Positions 35,359 to 44,988 are shown, numbered from the stretch's first letter. The stretch: DNA of 64,000 nt from Candidatus Eiseniibacteriota bacterium (GCA_035691845.1 DASSIN010000061.1:2950-66949), one strand, 5' to 3'. Program-made: numbers and translations. Notes: generated from the letters alone by a model not told the origin.

Positions 35359-37106
35359 TCACCACAGGCTCTGCCACGCGGAGCCATCGTAGATCTGCGC
35401 CTTGCCCGTGGACGTATTGAAGATCGTGTCCCCCGCTGCCCAATTGGAGAACGCCGAGACGTCGGAAGCTGAAAGCCTCGGAAGCCTGATTCGCCACATG
35501 CTGCCGAGGAGAACGCTCTTACTCGACTGATCGCCCACGTCCAGCTCTTGCGAGGCGCCAAGTCCACCCACGACTCCCCCGCCCGACACGGTCGCTTCGC
35601 ACGAGCTTCCGATAACCACGTGGTGCCCGGAACTTGGCTTGGCGCTCTCGAAGATGGTGAGGTTCGCCACCTCAATGCTCTTCCCAGTCCCGGCGAACTC
35701 GACGTAGGTCGTCTGGCTTGAGCCCGCGCTCGAAAACAGGCATGACCTGACCGCAATCCCGATGTAGTTGCCCGAGTTCGACGTCGCCTTGATCACGGTT
35801 CCGGGTATGTCCTCGAACCAGCACCCTACGATCACGACTTGGTTCGTTTCGGTCAGGTGGATGGCTCCGCCATTGCCGGGGGTTCCCGCAAGCCCGGCTT
35901 GAAAGACACACCGCTCGAAGGCGAGGCCGTTGGCGGTTGTCGCGAGGACAGCGGAGTCGTTGAATCCCTGGAAGAAGCAGTCCTTGAAGTACTGGGTCGT
36001 TGAAGCCTCGGTCTTCGTGGCTGGTGACGGCGAGTCGATGGCCACGCAGCCCTTGCCAGGACTGTCGACATCGACTCTTTCGTAAACGCCCCATACCGAG
36101 AAATTGTTCTCGGGATTCGAGCTGTTGTTCCGCGTTCCATCAACGTGGACGCCATATCCCGCGCAGAAGGAGATCTTCACGTCCCTGACGTGAACGCCGA
36201 ATATGTCCGTGTCCACGCCCGATCCGACCTTGTCGCTCTTGATGCGTATTCCGGCGCCTTCGCCGCTGAGTTTGTTGAATTCGACCGGGCCAACAATGGA
36301 GAGGCGTTCGATCGTCTGGTTGATGCCCTGGATGACGATCAGGTCTGTGTCGACATCCATGTTGTTGGCGTAGTCAAGTATCGTTTGATCAACGCCATCG
36401 CCAAGAATAGTCACTGGCCTGTCGTCGGGCAGCAGCAACGGGGGCGTAAACGAGGGAGCAGTGGTGAGCCCGTAAACGCCGGCCGGTATATAGACTACCC
36501 CCCCCCGGTGGGAAGGGCGTCTATCGTGGCCTGAATGGTGGGGTAGTCGCGGGCGTTGACCCAGGCCACGCCGCCGCGCATCCAGCCGCCCTCGACATCC
36601 TCGTACAGGAGGTACGAGATGTAATCCGCGCCGAAGATGGTGACGATGATGTCGTAGCGCGTCTCGGCAACGTAGAATCCGATGTATCCCTCGCCATCGG
36701 CGATCGGCGCCGACGTCGCGGCCCACGTGCCGGTGGCCTCGTTGTACACAGTCGGGAACGAATCGGTCCGGACAAGACGTGAGCCACGCTCCAGCGGGAT
36801 GGCGTCCGTCCCCGTGTTGTGGATCGTGACCGTGGGTCCGGAGGCCAGGTTCATCGCCGTGATCGTCATCGTGTTGGTGGAGCTATCCGTGCCGTTCTGC
36901 ACGGTACTTCCGACCGCGAGTCGCCCGGTGTCGTAGACGTCCACGGCGACCGCTGCCCCGCCGGAGATCGTGACTGCCGTGCGAACGGTCGCGCCGAGAT
37001 AGTGAGGAACCACTGGCGCGCCCCCGACCGGGACGAGGGTCGAGTCTGAGGTGGATGCCTCGGCGAGGACCCTGGTTTCGTAGTGTCGCAATGTCAGCTT
37101 CGGCAT
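35359..37106 (-). pseudogene. Pectate-lyase-fold (Pectate_lyase_3 / tailspike-like right-handed beta-helix) gene interrupted by a -1 frameshift at a G9 homopolymer
   Basis: The upstream ORF (36495..37106) ends ...YPTIQATIDALPTGGG then stop. The downstream ORF (to 35359) continues VVYIPAGVYGLTT...TILGDG with beta-helix repeats. Ten G instead of nine would fuse them into IDALPTGGGVVYIPAGVY, the canonical N-terminus of this fold. Confidence 0.6.
36497..36505. repeat. Homopolymeric C9 (G9 on the coding strand) tract at the frameshift site
   Basis: Nine consecutive C read directly from the sequence, flanked by TA and GG. Confidence 0.9.
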
Positions 37107-37276
37107 GACAGCCCTTTGGCCGGCGCCGCGCCGGGGTCGGGCGCGGTGGTCATTCGGTCAAGAGCATACCGCTTCACGGGCCCCGGGCTTCAGTCGTTTC
37201 TTCCGTCTGGACCCGAGACTCGCCGGAAGCTGCAGCTACGCGGTTGCCAAGGCGTTATGGCGAGCCCGAGGCCCGA

Positions 37277-38728
37277 TCAATAGCGCGGGACGGCGGGGTC
37301 GATTTCGCGGGACCAGGCGTCGATGCCGCCTTGCAGGTTCTTGAGCTTGCGGAAGCCGGATTGCTTCAGGAACTCCAGCGCGCGCTGGCTCCTCTGGCCG
37401 TGGTGGCAGTAGAGCACGATCTCGCGGCTGGAATCGAGCTCGGAGACGCGCTCGGGCAGGGAGTTGAGCGGCATCAGCGTGGCGCCCTCGATGCGCGCGA
37501 TCTGCCACTCGTGCGGCTCCCGCACGTCCACCAGCATCGGCGGGTCGCCCGCGCGCTGCTGGTCGGCCAGCCCGCGCACGGAGATGTCGTCGGCGCCGGC
37601 GTGCGCATCGGCGGGCACGATGCCGCAGAACTGCTGGTAGTCGATCAGCGCCGTCACGCTCGGATGCTCGCCGCACACCGGGCACTCGGGGTCCTTGCGC
37701 AGCTTGAGCTCGCGGAACCGCATCGCCAGCGCGTCGAACAGCAGCAGCCGGCCGATCAGGGGCTCGCCCGCGCCGAGCAGCAGCTTCAGCGTCTCGATCG
37801 CCTGCACCACGCCGATCACGCCCGGCAGCACGCCGAGCACGCCGCCCTCGGCGCAGGACGGCACGAGCCCGGGCGGCGGCGGATCGGGGTACAGGCAGCG
37901 GTAGCAGGGCCCGCGCTTGGCGTCGAACACGCTGGCCTGGCCCTCGAACCGGAAGATGCTGCCGTACACGTTGGGTTTGCCGAGCAGCACGCACGCGTCG
38001 TTCACGAGGTAGCGCGTCGGGAAGTTGTCGGTGCCATCCACGATCACGTCGTAGCGCGCGAGGATGTCGAGCGCGTTCTCGCTCGAAAGCCGCACGGCGT
38101 GGCGCTCGACCTGCACATTGGGATTGATGTCGCGGATGCGGTCGGCGGCGGAATCGAGCTTGGGACGGCCGACGTCCGCGGTGCCGTGCAGGATCTGGCG
38201 CTGCAGGTTGCTCTCGTCCACCACGTCGAAGTCCACGATGCCCATGCGGCCGACGCCGGCGGCGGCGAGGTACAGCGCGAGCGGCGAGCCGAGCCCGCCG
38301 GCGCCCACGCACAGCACGCTCGAGGCCTTGAGCTTCCGCTGCCCGGCGAGCCCGACCTCGGGCAGGATCAGGTGCCGGCCGTAACGCAGCAGCTCCTCCT
38401 GCGACATCGGCGGCAGGCCGTCCTCGCCCGTCGCCCACGCCGGCGCGCGGCGGCCGCCGGCGATGCTGGGCACGATCGCGACGTGGTCTTCGGCCGAGAC
38501 CGGCGTCGCCTCGCGCGCGAGGTGGCGGATGTCCTCGTCGTTCACGTACACGTTGACGAACCGCCGCAGCCTGCCGTCGGCGTCGTACAGGTGCGCTCGC
38601 AGCGCCGGGTGCGCGGCCACCAGCTTCGCCAGCGCCTCGCCCGCCGTCGCCGCCTCGACCTCGATCGTGGCGAGCCCGCCGGCATAGGCGCGCAGCGGCG
38701 TCGGAATGTGAATGCGGATCGTGCTCAC
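37277..38728 (-). CDS. Fusion protein: ThiS/MoaD/CysO-like sulfur carrier (ending Gly-Gly), then MoeB/ThiF-type E1 adenylyltransferase, then C-terminal rhodanese (MoeZ-like)
   Basis: GTG start with GAGGAG 8 nt upstream. A beta-grasp domain ends ...IVPSIAGG, a 16-aa linker follows, then MSQEELLRYGRHLILPEVGLAGQRKL...VGAGGLGSP (E1 Rossmann), CxxC pairs (CYRC, CPVC) and the rhodanese active site LYCHHGQRS. Confidence 0.75.
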   Translation of the reverse strand: MSTIRIHIPTPLRAYAGGLATIEVEAATAGEALAKLVAAHPALRAHLYDADGRLRRFVNVYVNDEDIRHLAREATPVSAEDHVAIVPSIAGGRRAPAWATGEDGLPPMSQEELLRYGRHLILPEVGLAGQRKLKASSVLCVGAGGLGSPLALYLAAAGVGRMGIVDFDVVDESNLQRQILHGTADVGRPKLDSAADRIRDINPNVQVERHAVRLSSENALDILARYDVIVDGTDNFPTRYLVNDACVLLGKPNVYGSIFRFEGQASVFDAKRGPCYRCLYPDPPPPGLVPSCAEGGVLGVLPGVIGVVQAIETLKLLLGAGEPLIGRLLLFDALAMRFRELKLRKDPECPVCGEHPSVTALIDYQQFCGIVPADAHAGADDISVRGLADQQRAGDPPMLVDVREPHEWQIARIEGATLMPLNSLPERVSELDSSREIVLYCHHGQRSQRALEFLKQSGFRKLKNLQGGIDAWSREIDPAVPRY

Positions 38729-38733
38729 GAACG

Positions 38734-39198
38734 CTACTCCTCTGCGGCGGGATCGGCGGCGGCGCGCGCCGCGTGCGGCGCCACGATCGCCACCTCGACC
38801 TCGTCGAACGCGGCGCGGTCGTCGCGCAGCCGCCAGGCGGTGGTGGCCTCCGCACGCCCGCGCACGACGCCCACGATCACGTAGTCATACCACGGCCAGG
38901 CGTGCTCGAGATCGAACGCCGAGGGGCGCGCCGGGTGGTCGGGGTGCGAGTGGAAGAACGCCACCACGTCCAGCGCTTGCGCGCGCGCGCGGCGTTCGGC
39001 TTCCAGCACCTGCCCGGGCGCGATCAGGTAGCGGTTCGCGCGCGAATCCTCACGCGTGTTCTCGAACGCCATCACCTCGGCCACCTGGCGCGCGCCGTCG
39101 CCGCGTCCCAGCAGCACGCCGCAGCCCTCATCGGGATACGCGCGCTCGAGCGCGGCGTGGATCTGCGCGAGCTGATCGCGCGACAGCTCGAGCCTCAT
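38734..39198 (-). CDS. mec: JAMM/MPN+ metalloprotease (Mec+-like CysO-cysteine peptidase)
   Basis: JAMM motif E...HSHPDHPARPSAFD (HxHx7Sx2D). 154 aa. ATGA overlap with the cysM stop. Confidence 0.7.
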   Translation of the reverse strand: MRLELSRDQLAQIHAALERAYPDEGCGVLLGRGDGARQVAEVMAFENTREDSRANRYLIAPGQVLEAERRARAQALDVVAFFHSHPDHPARPSAFDLEHAWPWYDYVIVGVVRGRAEATTAWRLRDDRAAFDEVEVAIVAPHAARAAADPAAEE

Positions 39199-40136
39199 GC
39201 CGCGCCCTCGGCGTCCCACAGCGGATCGCTCAGGTAGCGCTCGGCGCCGTCCGGCAGCACGCACACCACCACGCCCGACTCGAGTCCGCGCGCCACGCGC
39301 GCGGCGGCCGCCACCGCCGCGCCGGCCGACCAGCCGAGCAGCAGCCCCGCGCGCGCCTGCGCCTTCACCGTGGCGATCGCCTCCTCGCTCGCGATCGCGA
39401 GCGTGCGGCGATGGACGGAAGGATCGTAGATCGGCGGCACGAGCGCGCTCGGCAGATGCTTCAAGCCTTCGAGCGCGTGCAGCGGGCCGTCCGGCTGCAC
39501 GGCGATCACCTCGATCGCGGGATCGAATTCGCGCAGCCGCCGCGCGCATCCCACCAGCGTGCCCGAGGTGCCGATGCCGGCGACCAGGTGCGTGATGCGG
39601 CCCTCGGTCTGCTCCCAGATCTCGACCGCGGTGCCGTGATAGTGCGCGAGCCAGTTGGCGGGGTTGGCGTACTGGTCGGCGTGGAAGTAGCGCTGCGGGT
39701 GGCGGCGCGCCAGCCCGCGCGCCGCGCGGATCGCGCCGTCGGTGCCCTCCATCGGGTCGGTCGGCACGATCTCGGCGCCCAACGCCGCGATCAACCGGCG
39801 GCGCTCGACGTTGGCGTTCCCCGGCAGGCACAGCGTGACCCCGATGCCGCGCCGGGCGCCGATCCAGGCGTAGGCGATCCCGGTGTTGCCGGAGGTGGCA
39901 TCCAGCAGTCGCCGGCCGCCGGCGAGCGAGCCGTCGCGCTCGGCTGCCTGGATGATGGCCCACGCCGCGCGGTCCTTGACCGAGCCACCCGGGTTCGCGC
40001 TCTCCAGCTTCCCGAGCACGGCCACCCCGTCGGGCAGATCGAGGCCCGCGATCGGCACGAGCGGCGTGTGCCCGATGCGGGCGGTCAGGTCGGGAATGGC
40101 CAGATCCGTGGCCTCGGGGGCGTGGTGCCGGTGCAT
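39195..40136 (-). CDS. cysM: Cysteine synthase CysM-like (PLP-dependent, thiocarboxylate-utilising type)
   Basis: PLP-binding region SVKDRAAWAII, glycine-rich loop DATSGNTGIAYAWIGA. 313 aa. Confidence 0.8.
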   Translation of the reverse strand: MHRHHAPEATDLAIPDLTARIGHTPLVPIAGLDLPDGVAVLGKLESANPGGSVKDRAAWAIIQAAERDGSLAGGRRLLDATSGNTGIAYAWIGARRGIGVTLCLPGNANVERRRLIAALGAEIVPTDPMEGTDGAIRAARGLARRHPQRYFHADQYANPANWLAHYHGTAVEIWEQTEGRITHLVAGIGTSGTLVGCARRLREFDPAIEVIAVQPDGPLHALEGLKHLPSALVPPIYDPSVHRRTLAIASEEAIATVKAQARAGLLLGWSAGAAVAAAARVARGLESGVVVCVLPDGAERYLSDPLWDAEGAA

Positions 40137-40275
40137 GAGAACGCGTTTCGATGCGGCAGGCCAACGAACGTTCGAGAATCGTTCCGTGCGCGCGGGATGC
40201 CCCGATCGGCGCCCGATGGGCGCCGCGCGCCCGGCTCACGCGCGCCGCTGGCCTGCCCTCCGGTCCGCGGCTACG

Positions 40276-41307
40276 ATGCGGCGCATGATCCTGGCCGGCG
40301 ACGTCGGGGGCACCAAGACTCATCTGGCGCTGTTCGACCCCAACGGCTCGGCGCGCGAGCCGGTGGCCGATCGCAAGGTGTCGAGCGCCGGGTTCGACTC
40401 GCTGGAAGCGATCGTGCGCGAGTTCCTGGCCGGCGTCGGGGCCGGCGTCGGCGGCCGCGACGCGCGCCCCGCGCGCGCCGTGTTCGGCATCGCCGGGCCG
40501 GTCGTTGACAACACCGTCGACACCACGAACCTGCCGTGGCACATCGACGCCGCGGCGATGAGCGACGTGCTGGGCGGCGCGCGCGTCGATCTCATGAACG
40601 ACCTCGAATCCACGGCGTGGGGGCTGCCGCTGCTGGGCGATCGCGACCTCGAGACGCTGCAGTCGGGCACCCCGGCGCGCGGCAACCGCGTGCTGATCGC
40701 GGCCGGCACCGGGCTCGGCGAGGCGCTGCTGGTGTGGGACGGAGGCACGTGGCGGCCATCGGCATCGGAGGGCGGCCACACCGACTTCGGCCCGCGCGAT
40801 GCGACCGAGGACGAGCTGCTGCGCTGGCTGCGCGCGAAGTACGGCCGCGCGAGCTACGAGCGCATCCTGTCGGGCAAGGGGCTCGCCGACCTCCACCGCT
40901 TCCACGCCGAAACCGGACGCGGCGCCGAGCCCGCCGAGGTGGCGCGCGCGTTCGCGGCGGCGCCGGACCCGGCGGCGGTCGTCACCGCGGCCGCGCTCGA
41001 CGGCGCGAGCGAGCGCGCGCGCCTCACGGTCGAACGCTTCATCTCGATCTATGGAGCCGAGGCCGGCAATCTCGCGCTCAAGGGACTGGCGGTGGCGGGC
41101 GTCTACGTGGGCGGCGGCATCGCGCCGCGCCTGCTGCCACTGCTGCGCCAGGGCGGATTCGTGCGCGCGTTCGGCGACAAGGGCCGGCTGTCGCCGGTGC
41201 TGGCGCGCATGCCCGTCGCGCTGATCCTGGACGACCGCACCGCGCTGTGGGGCGCGGCCGCGGTGGCGATGAACGCCGGCCGCACAACCCACGGAGGAAG
41301 CTCATGA
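40276..41307 (+). CDS. glk: Glucokinase
   Basis: N-terminal ATP-binding motif ILAGDVGGTKTHLALF (compare LVGDIGGTNARFAL). ~340 aa. The start could be 40285. Confidence 0.7.
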   Translation: MRRMILAGDVGGTKTHLALFDPNGSAREPVADRKVSSAGFDSLEAIVREFLAGVGAGVGGRDARPARAVFGIAGPVVDNTVDTTNLPWHIDAAAMSDVLGGARVDLMNDLESTAWGLPLLGDRDLETLQSGTPARGNRVLIAAGTGLGEALLVWDGGTWRPSASEGGHTDFGPRDATEDELLRWLRAKYGRASYERILSGKGLADLHRFHAETGRGAEPAEVARAFAAAPDPAAVVTAAALDGASERARLTVERFISIYGAEAGNLALKGLAVAGVYVGGGIAPRLLPLLRQGGFVRAFGDKGRLSPVLARMPVALILDDRTALWGAAAVAMNAGRTTHGGSS

Positions 41308-43313
41308 CCACGCCCGTCGCGACGGCGCGCGATCTCGATCAGCTCGCGGTCAACACCATCCGGTTCCTGGCCGTGGACGCGGTCGAGAAGGCGAACAGCG
41401 GGCATCCCGGCATGCCGATGGGCATGGCCGACGTCGCGTTCGTGCTGTGGACGCGGTTCATGCGCTACCAGCCGCACGATCCGGCATGGCCCGACCGCGA
41501 CCGGTTCGTGCTGTCGGCGGGCCACGGCTCGATGCTGCTGTACGCGATGCTGCACCTGACCGGCTACGACCTGCCGATGGAGGAGCTGCAGCGCTTCCGC
41601 CAGCTCGGCAGCAGGACGCCCGGGCATCCCGAGTACGGCCACACCGTCGGCGTCGAGACCACCACCGGCCCGCTGGGGCAGGGGTTCGGCAACGGCGTGG
41701 GGCTGGCGCTGGCCGCGAGGATGCTGCGCGCGCGCTTCGATGCCACCGACTTCTCGCCCGTGTCGTGGCGCGTGTTCGGGATCGTGAGCGACGGCGATCT
41801 GATGGAGGGCGTGTCGTCCGAGGCCGCCTCGCTCGCCGGCCACTGGGGGCTCGGCAACCTGATCTACGTCTACGACCGCAACAGCATCACCATCGAGGGC
41901 AGCACCGAGCTGGCGTTCACCGAGAACGTGGGCGCGCGGTTCGAGGCATACGACTGGCACGTGCAGCACATCGACGCGCACGACCGCGGCGAGGTGACGC
42001 ACGCGCTCGAGGCGGCCGTGGCCGAGACCCAGCGTCCGAGCCTGATCGTGGCCACGAGCCACATCGGCTACGGCGCGCCCCACAAGCAGGACACGCGCGA
42101 GGCGCACGGCGAGGCGCTCGGCGCCGACGAGGTGAAGGCCACCAAGCGCGCGCTCGGCTGGCCCGAAAGCCCGACGTTCCTGGTGCCGGACGAGGTGCGC
42201 GGGCTGTTCCGCGCGCGCGCCGAGGCGGTGCGGCCCGCGTACGAGGCGTGGCAGCGCGAGTTCCGCGCGTGGCGGCAGCGTTACCCGGCGCAGGCACAAC
42301 TGTGGGACGCGCACGTCGAGCGGCGCGTGCCGGACGACATCCTGGCGCAGCTCGTGGCCGCCGCGCCGCGCGGCCCGGGCGCCACGCGCGCGCACGGACA
42401 CGCCGTGCTGCAGCGCGCCGCGCACGCGGTGCCGGCGCTGGTGGGCGGCGCCGGCGATCTCGAGCCATCGACCAAGACCGCGATCGACGACTCGGATTCG
42501 ATCGCGCGCGACACGTTCCTGGGCCGCAACCTGCACTTCGGCATCCGCGAGCACGCCATGGTCGCGATCTGCAACGGGCTCGCGCTGTCGGGGGGGTTCA
42601 TCCCCTACGGCAGCTCGTTCCTCGTGTTCACGGACTATTGCCGGCCCTCGCTCCGGCTGTCGGCGCTGATGGGGGTCCAGGCGATCTGGGTGCTGACGCA
42701 CGACAGCGTGTTCCTGGGCGAGGACGGACCCACGCACCAGCCGATCGAGCAGCTCACCTCGCTGCGCGCGATGCCCAACATGCTGGTGATCCGCCCCGCC
42801 GACGGCGTCGAGACCGCGGGCGCGTGGGGCGTGGCGCTGGCGCGGCGCGACGGCCCCACCCTGCTCGCCCTCACGCGCCAGAACCTGCCCGCGCTCGAGC
42901 GCGGCCCGGAGTTCGATCCGGCGTGGCTCGCGCGCGGCGGCTACGTGCTGCGCGACGTCGGGAACCCCACGGCCGTGCTGATCGCCACCGGCTCCGAGGT
43001 ATCGCTTGCGATACAGGCCGCGGACCTGCTCGCGCAGCGGGGCGTCGCGCTGCGCGTCGTCAGCATGCCCGCCCCCCGACGCTTCCTGGAACAGGAGCGT
43101 TCGTGGCGGGACCTGGTGCTCCCGGCCGGAATCCGGCGCATCTCAGTGGAAGCCGCGGCAACCTGGGGCTGGCGCGAGATCGTGGGCGATGACGGGCTCG
43201 CGATCGGCATCGACCGCTATGGCGTGTCGGCGCCGCTGGCGCAGGTGCAGCAGGCATTCGGATTCACGCCCGAGGCCTTGGCCGGGCGCATCCGGGACTG
43301 GCTGGCAGGCTGA
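41304..43313 (+). CDS. tkt: Transketolase
   Basis: GGAGGAA Shine-Dalgarno. TPP-binding motifs SGHPGMPMGMAD and GDGDLMEG. 669 aa. ATGA overlap with the glk stop. Confidence 0.9.
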   Translation: MTTPVATARDLDQLAVNTIRFLAVDAVEKANSGHPGMPMGMADVAFVLWTRFMRYQPHDPAWPDRDRFVLSAGHGSMLLYAMLHLTGYDLPMEELQRFRQLGSRTPGHPEYGHTVGVETTTGPLGQGFGNGVGLALAARMLRARFDATDFSPVSWRVFGIVSDGDLMEGVSSEAASLAGHWGLGNLIYVYDRNSITIEGSTELAFTENVGARFEAYDWHVQHIDAHDRGEVTHALEAAVAETQRPSLIVATSHIGYGAPHKQDTREAHGEALGADEVKATKRALGWPESPTFLVPDEVRGLFRARAEAVRPAYEAWQREFRAWRQRYPAQAQLWDAHVERRVPDDILAQLVAAAPRGPGATRAHGHAVLQRAAHAVPALVGGAGDLEPSTKTAIDDSDSIARDTFLGRNLHFGIREHAMVAICNGLALSGGFIPYGSSFLVFTDYCRPSLRLSALMGVQAIWVLTHDSVFLGEDGPTHQPIEQLTSLRAMPNMLVIRPADGVETAGAWGVALARRDGPTLLALTRQNLPALERGPEFDPAWLARGGYVLRDVGNPTAVLIATGSEVSLAIQAADLLAQRGVALRVVSMPAPRRFLEQERSWRDLVLPAGIRRISVEAAATWGWREIVGDDGLAIGIDRYGVSAPLAQVQQAFGFTPEALAGRIRDWLAG

Positions 43314-43342
43314 AGCTCCGCTCCCCCGGAAAGGGACCACCC

Positions 43343-43807
43343 ATGAAATGGATCACACGCGCGAACGCCAAGGTGGACCGGGTGGCATGCCCATGGTTGA
43401 TCCGGCGGTTCATCGACCCCGATGCCGAATTCCTGTTCGTGCCCGCCGAGCAGGTGCTGGCCACGGCGGAAGCGGAGCAGGCGCTGTCGTACGACGCGCC
43501 CGGCGCGCGCTACACGCACCGTGACGGCAAGTGCACGTTCGAAGTGCTGATGGACGAGTACGAGCTGACCGATCCCGCGCTCAAGCGGCTCGCGCGCATC
43601 GTGCACGGCGCGGACGTCACCAACGACCTGTGGGACGCGGCCGAGGCGCCGGGCCTGAAGGCGCTGGCGCACGGGTTCGCGATGACCACCGCCGACGATC
43701 ACGTGAAGATCGCGCAGGAGTCGGCGATGTACGACGCGCTCTACGCCTGGTGCCAGGCCAAGGCGTCGCACGCGGCGGCGGCGGCGGCGGCCACGCCGAA
43801 CTGGTAG
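43343..43807 (+). CDS. ChrB C-terminal-domain-like protein (chromate-resistance-associated domain)
   Basis: MKWITRANAKVDRVACPWLIRRFIDPDAEFLFVPAEQV matches the W.TR..P..DR.A..WLI.RFIDP.A.F.FV pattern of ChrB_C (family recalled from memory). Confidence 0.45.
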   Translation: MKWITRANAKVDRVACPWLIRRFIDPDAEFLFVPAEQVLATAEAEQALSYDAPGARYTHRDGKCTFEVLMDEYELTDPALKRLARIVHGADVTNDLWDAAEAPGLKALAHGFAMTTADDHVKIAQESAMYDALYAWCQAKASHAAAAAAATPNW

Positions 43808-43879
43808 CGGCGCACTTCACCCCTTGGCTCCATAATCGAGCGCGAGCCATGGCCGGCCGGATGGCGATGGGCGCTGCGA

Positions 43880-44827
43880 TCACCGATACAGAGTCTTCAC
43901 GGCGCCCCAGGTGGAGTGGCGTGCCCCGGTGACGAGCGCGCAGTCCTTGCCGGGCGTGCCGTAGAGCATGCACAGGCAGGTCAGCTCCTTGGGGCCGATC
44001 TGGTAGCGCTGCCCCTTCGGGATCGTGGACTGCATCACGTTCTTTCCGCTGCCATCGTCGTTCTGGTGCGCGAGCCCGAGCAGGTGCCCGATCTCGTGCA
44101 GCATCACCGAGTAGAAGTCGAACCGCGACATCGCCGGCGCGCCCGCCAGCCGGTAGTCCCAGCGGATGCGCGCGCATCCCCCGCCGCCGGCCACCGCCGC
44201 GTGCGTGAACCAGGTGATGTCGGCCTCGCGCAGGCAGTCGGGATACAGCCCCTGTGTGTCGGCCTGCAGGATCGCGAGCACGCCGTCGGCCGGCACCACC
44301 TGCATGCTCGTGTCCGAAACGCCCGGCCCGGCCACGGCGACCAGCCAGCCGGGGCCGAGCACGTTGACGCCACCCGCGTCCAGCTTGCCGTTGCTGTTGT
44401 GCCCCGTCGACGCCGTCTGCCTGCCGTCGGTGCGATGGCCGTCCAGGTCGGCGTTGGAGTACACGCCCTGCAGCGGCGGCCCGATGTCCGGGTCGGCGCA
44501 CACGACGCCGTTCTGATCGGCCGCCCACAGGTTGCCGGCGGCGTACACCAGCCGCAGCCTCGCGCCCACCGTGACCAGCGCCGCGTTCCAGTCGTTCACC
44601 GCCTTCTGGAAGCACTGTCCGCGGCTCACCGCGTCGCCGTAGCCCGCGTTCTCGAGCATCGGATCGAGCGATGGATTGAAGTTGAGCGTCACCGCCGTGT
44701 CGGGCGGACACCACTTGATGGTGCCGGGATTGTCGCAGTCGGTGGTGGTCTGCGCGCGCACGGCGTCGGCGGCGAGCGTGAGCGCGATCGTCAGCGCGGC
44801 GGAGCGGAGCAATCGCACGGCGGTCAT
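43880..44827 (-). CDS. Secreted zinc metalloprotease (metzincin, matrixin/M10-like)
   Basis: Signal peptide LLRSAALTIALTLAADAVRAQ. Zinc site HEIGHLLGLAH (HExxHxxGxxH). GGAGGA Shine-Dalgarno. Confidence 0.6.
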   Translation of the reverse strand: MTAVRLLRSAALTIALTLAADAVRAQTTTDCDNPGTIKWCPPDTAVTLNFNPSLDPMLENAGYGDAVSRGQCFQKAVNDWNAALVTVGARLRLVYAAGNLWAADQNGVVCADPDIGPPLQGVYSNADLDGHRTDGRQTASTGHNSNGKLDAGGVNVLGPGWLVAVAGPGVSDTSMQVVPADGVLAILQADTQGLYPDCLREADITWFTHAAVAGGGGCARIRWDYRLAGAPAMSRFDFYSVMLHEIGHLLGLAHQNDDGSGKNVMQSTIPKGQRYQIGPKELTCLCMLYGTPGKDCALVTGARHSTWGAVKTLYR

Positions 44828-44949
44828 GGCGTCCTCCGGGGGCGTGGGCGGCCTCGCGCGCAGCGCTCGCGAGTGGGAAGTCGGAATGCTGCGAGGCGGT
44901 GAACGCACGGTCAAGGCGAAACGGCGGGCGACCTGCGAGTTCACTGGCG

Positions 44950-44988
44950 GCAAACGAACCGCCCCCGGCGCCGGAGCCCCGGGGGCGG
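44950..44988 (-). terminator. Probable rho-independent terminator downstream of pckG
   Basis: 10-bp GC stem CCGCCCCCGG / CCGGGGGCGG (44959-44988) with a 10-nt loop, followed on the minus strand by TTCGTTTG. Confidence 0.4.
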
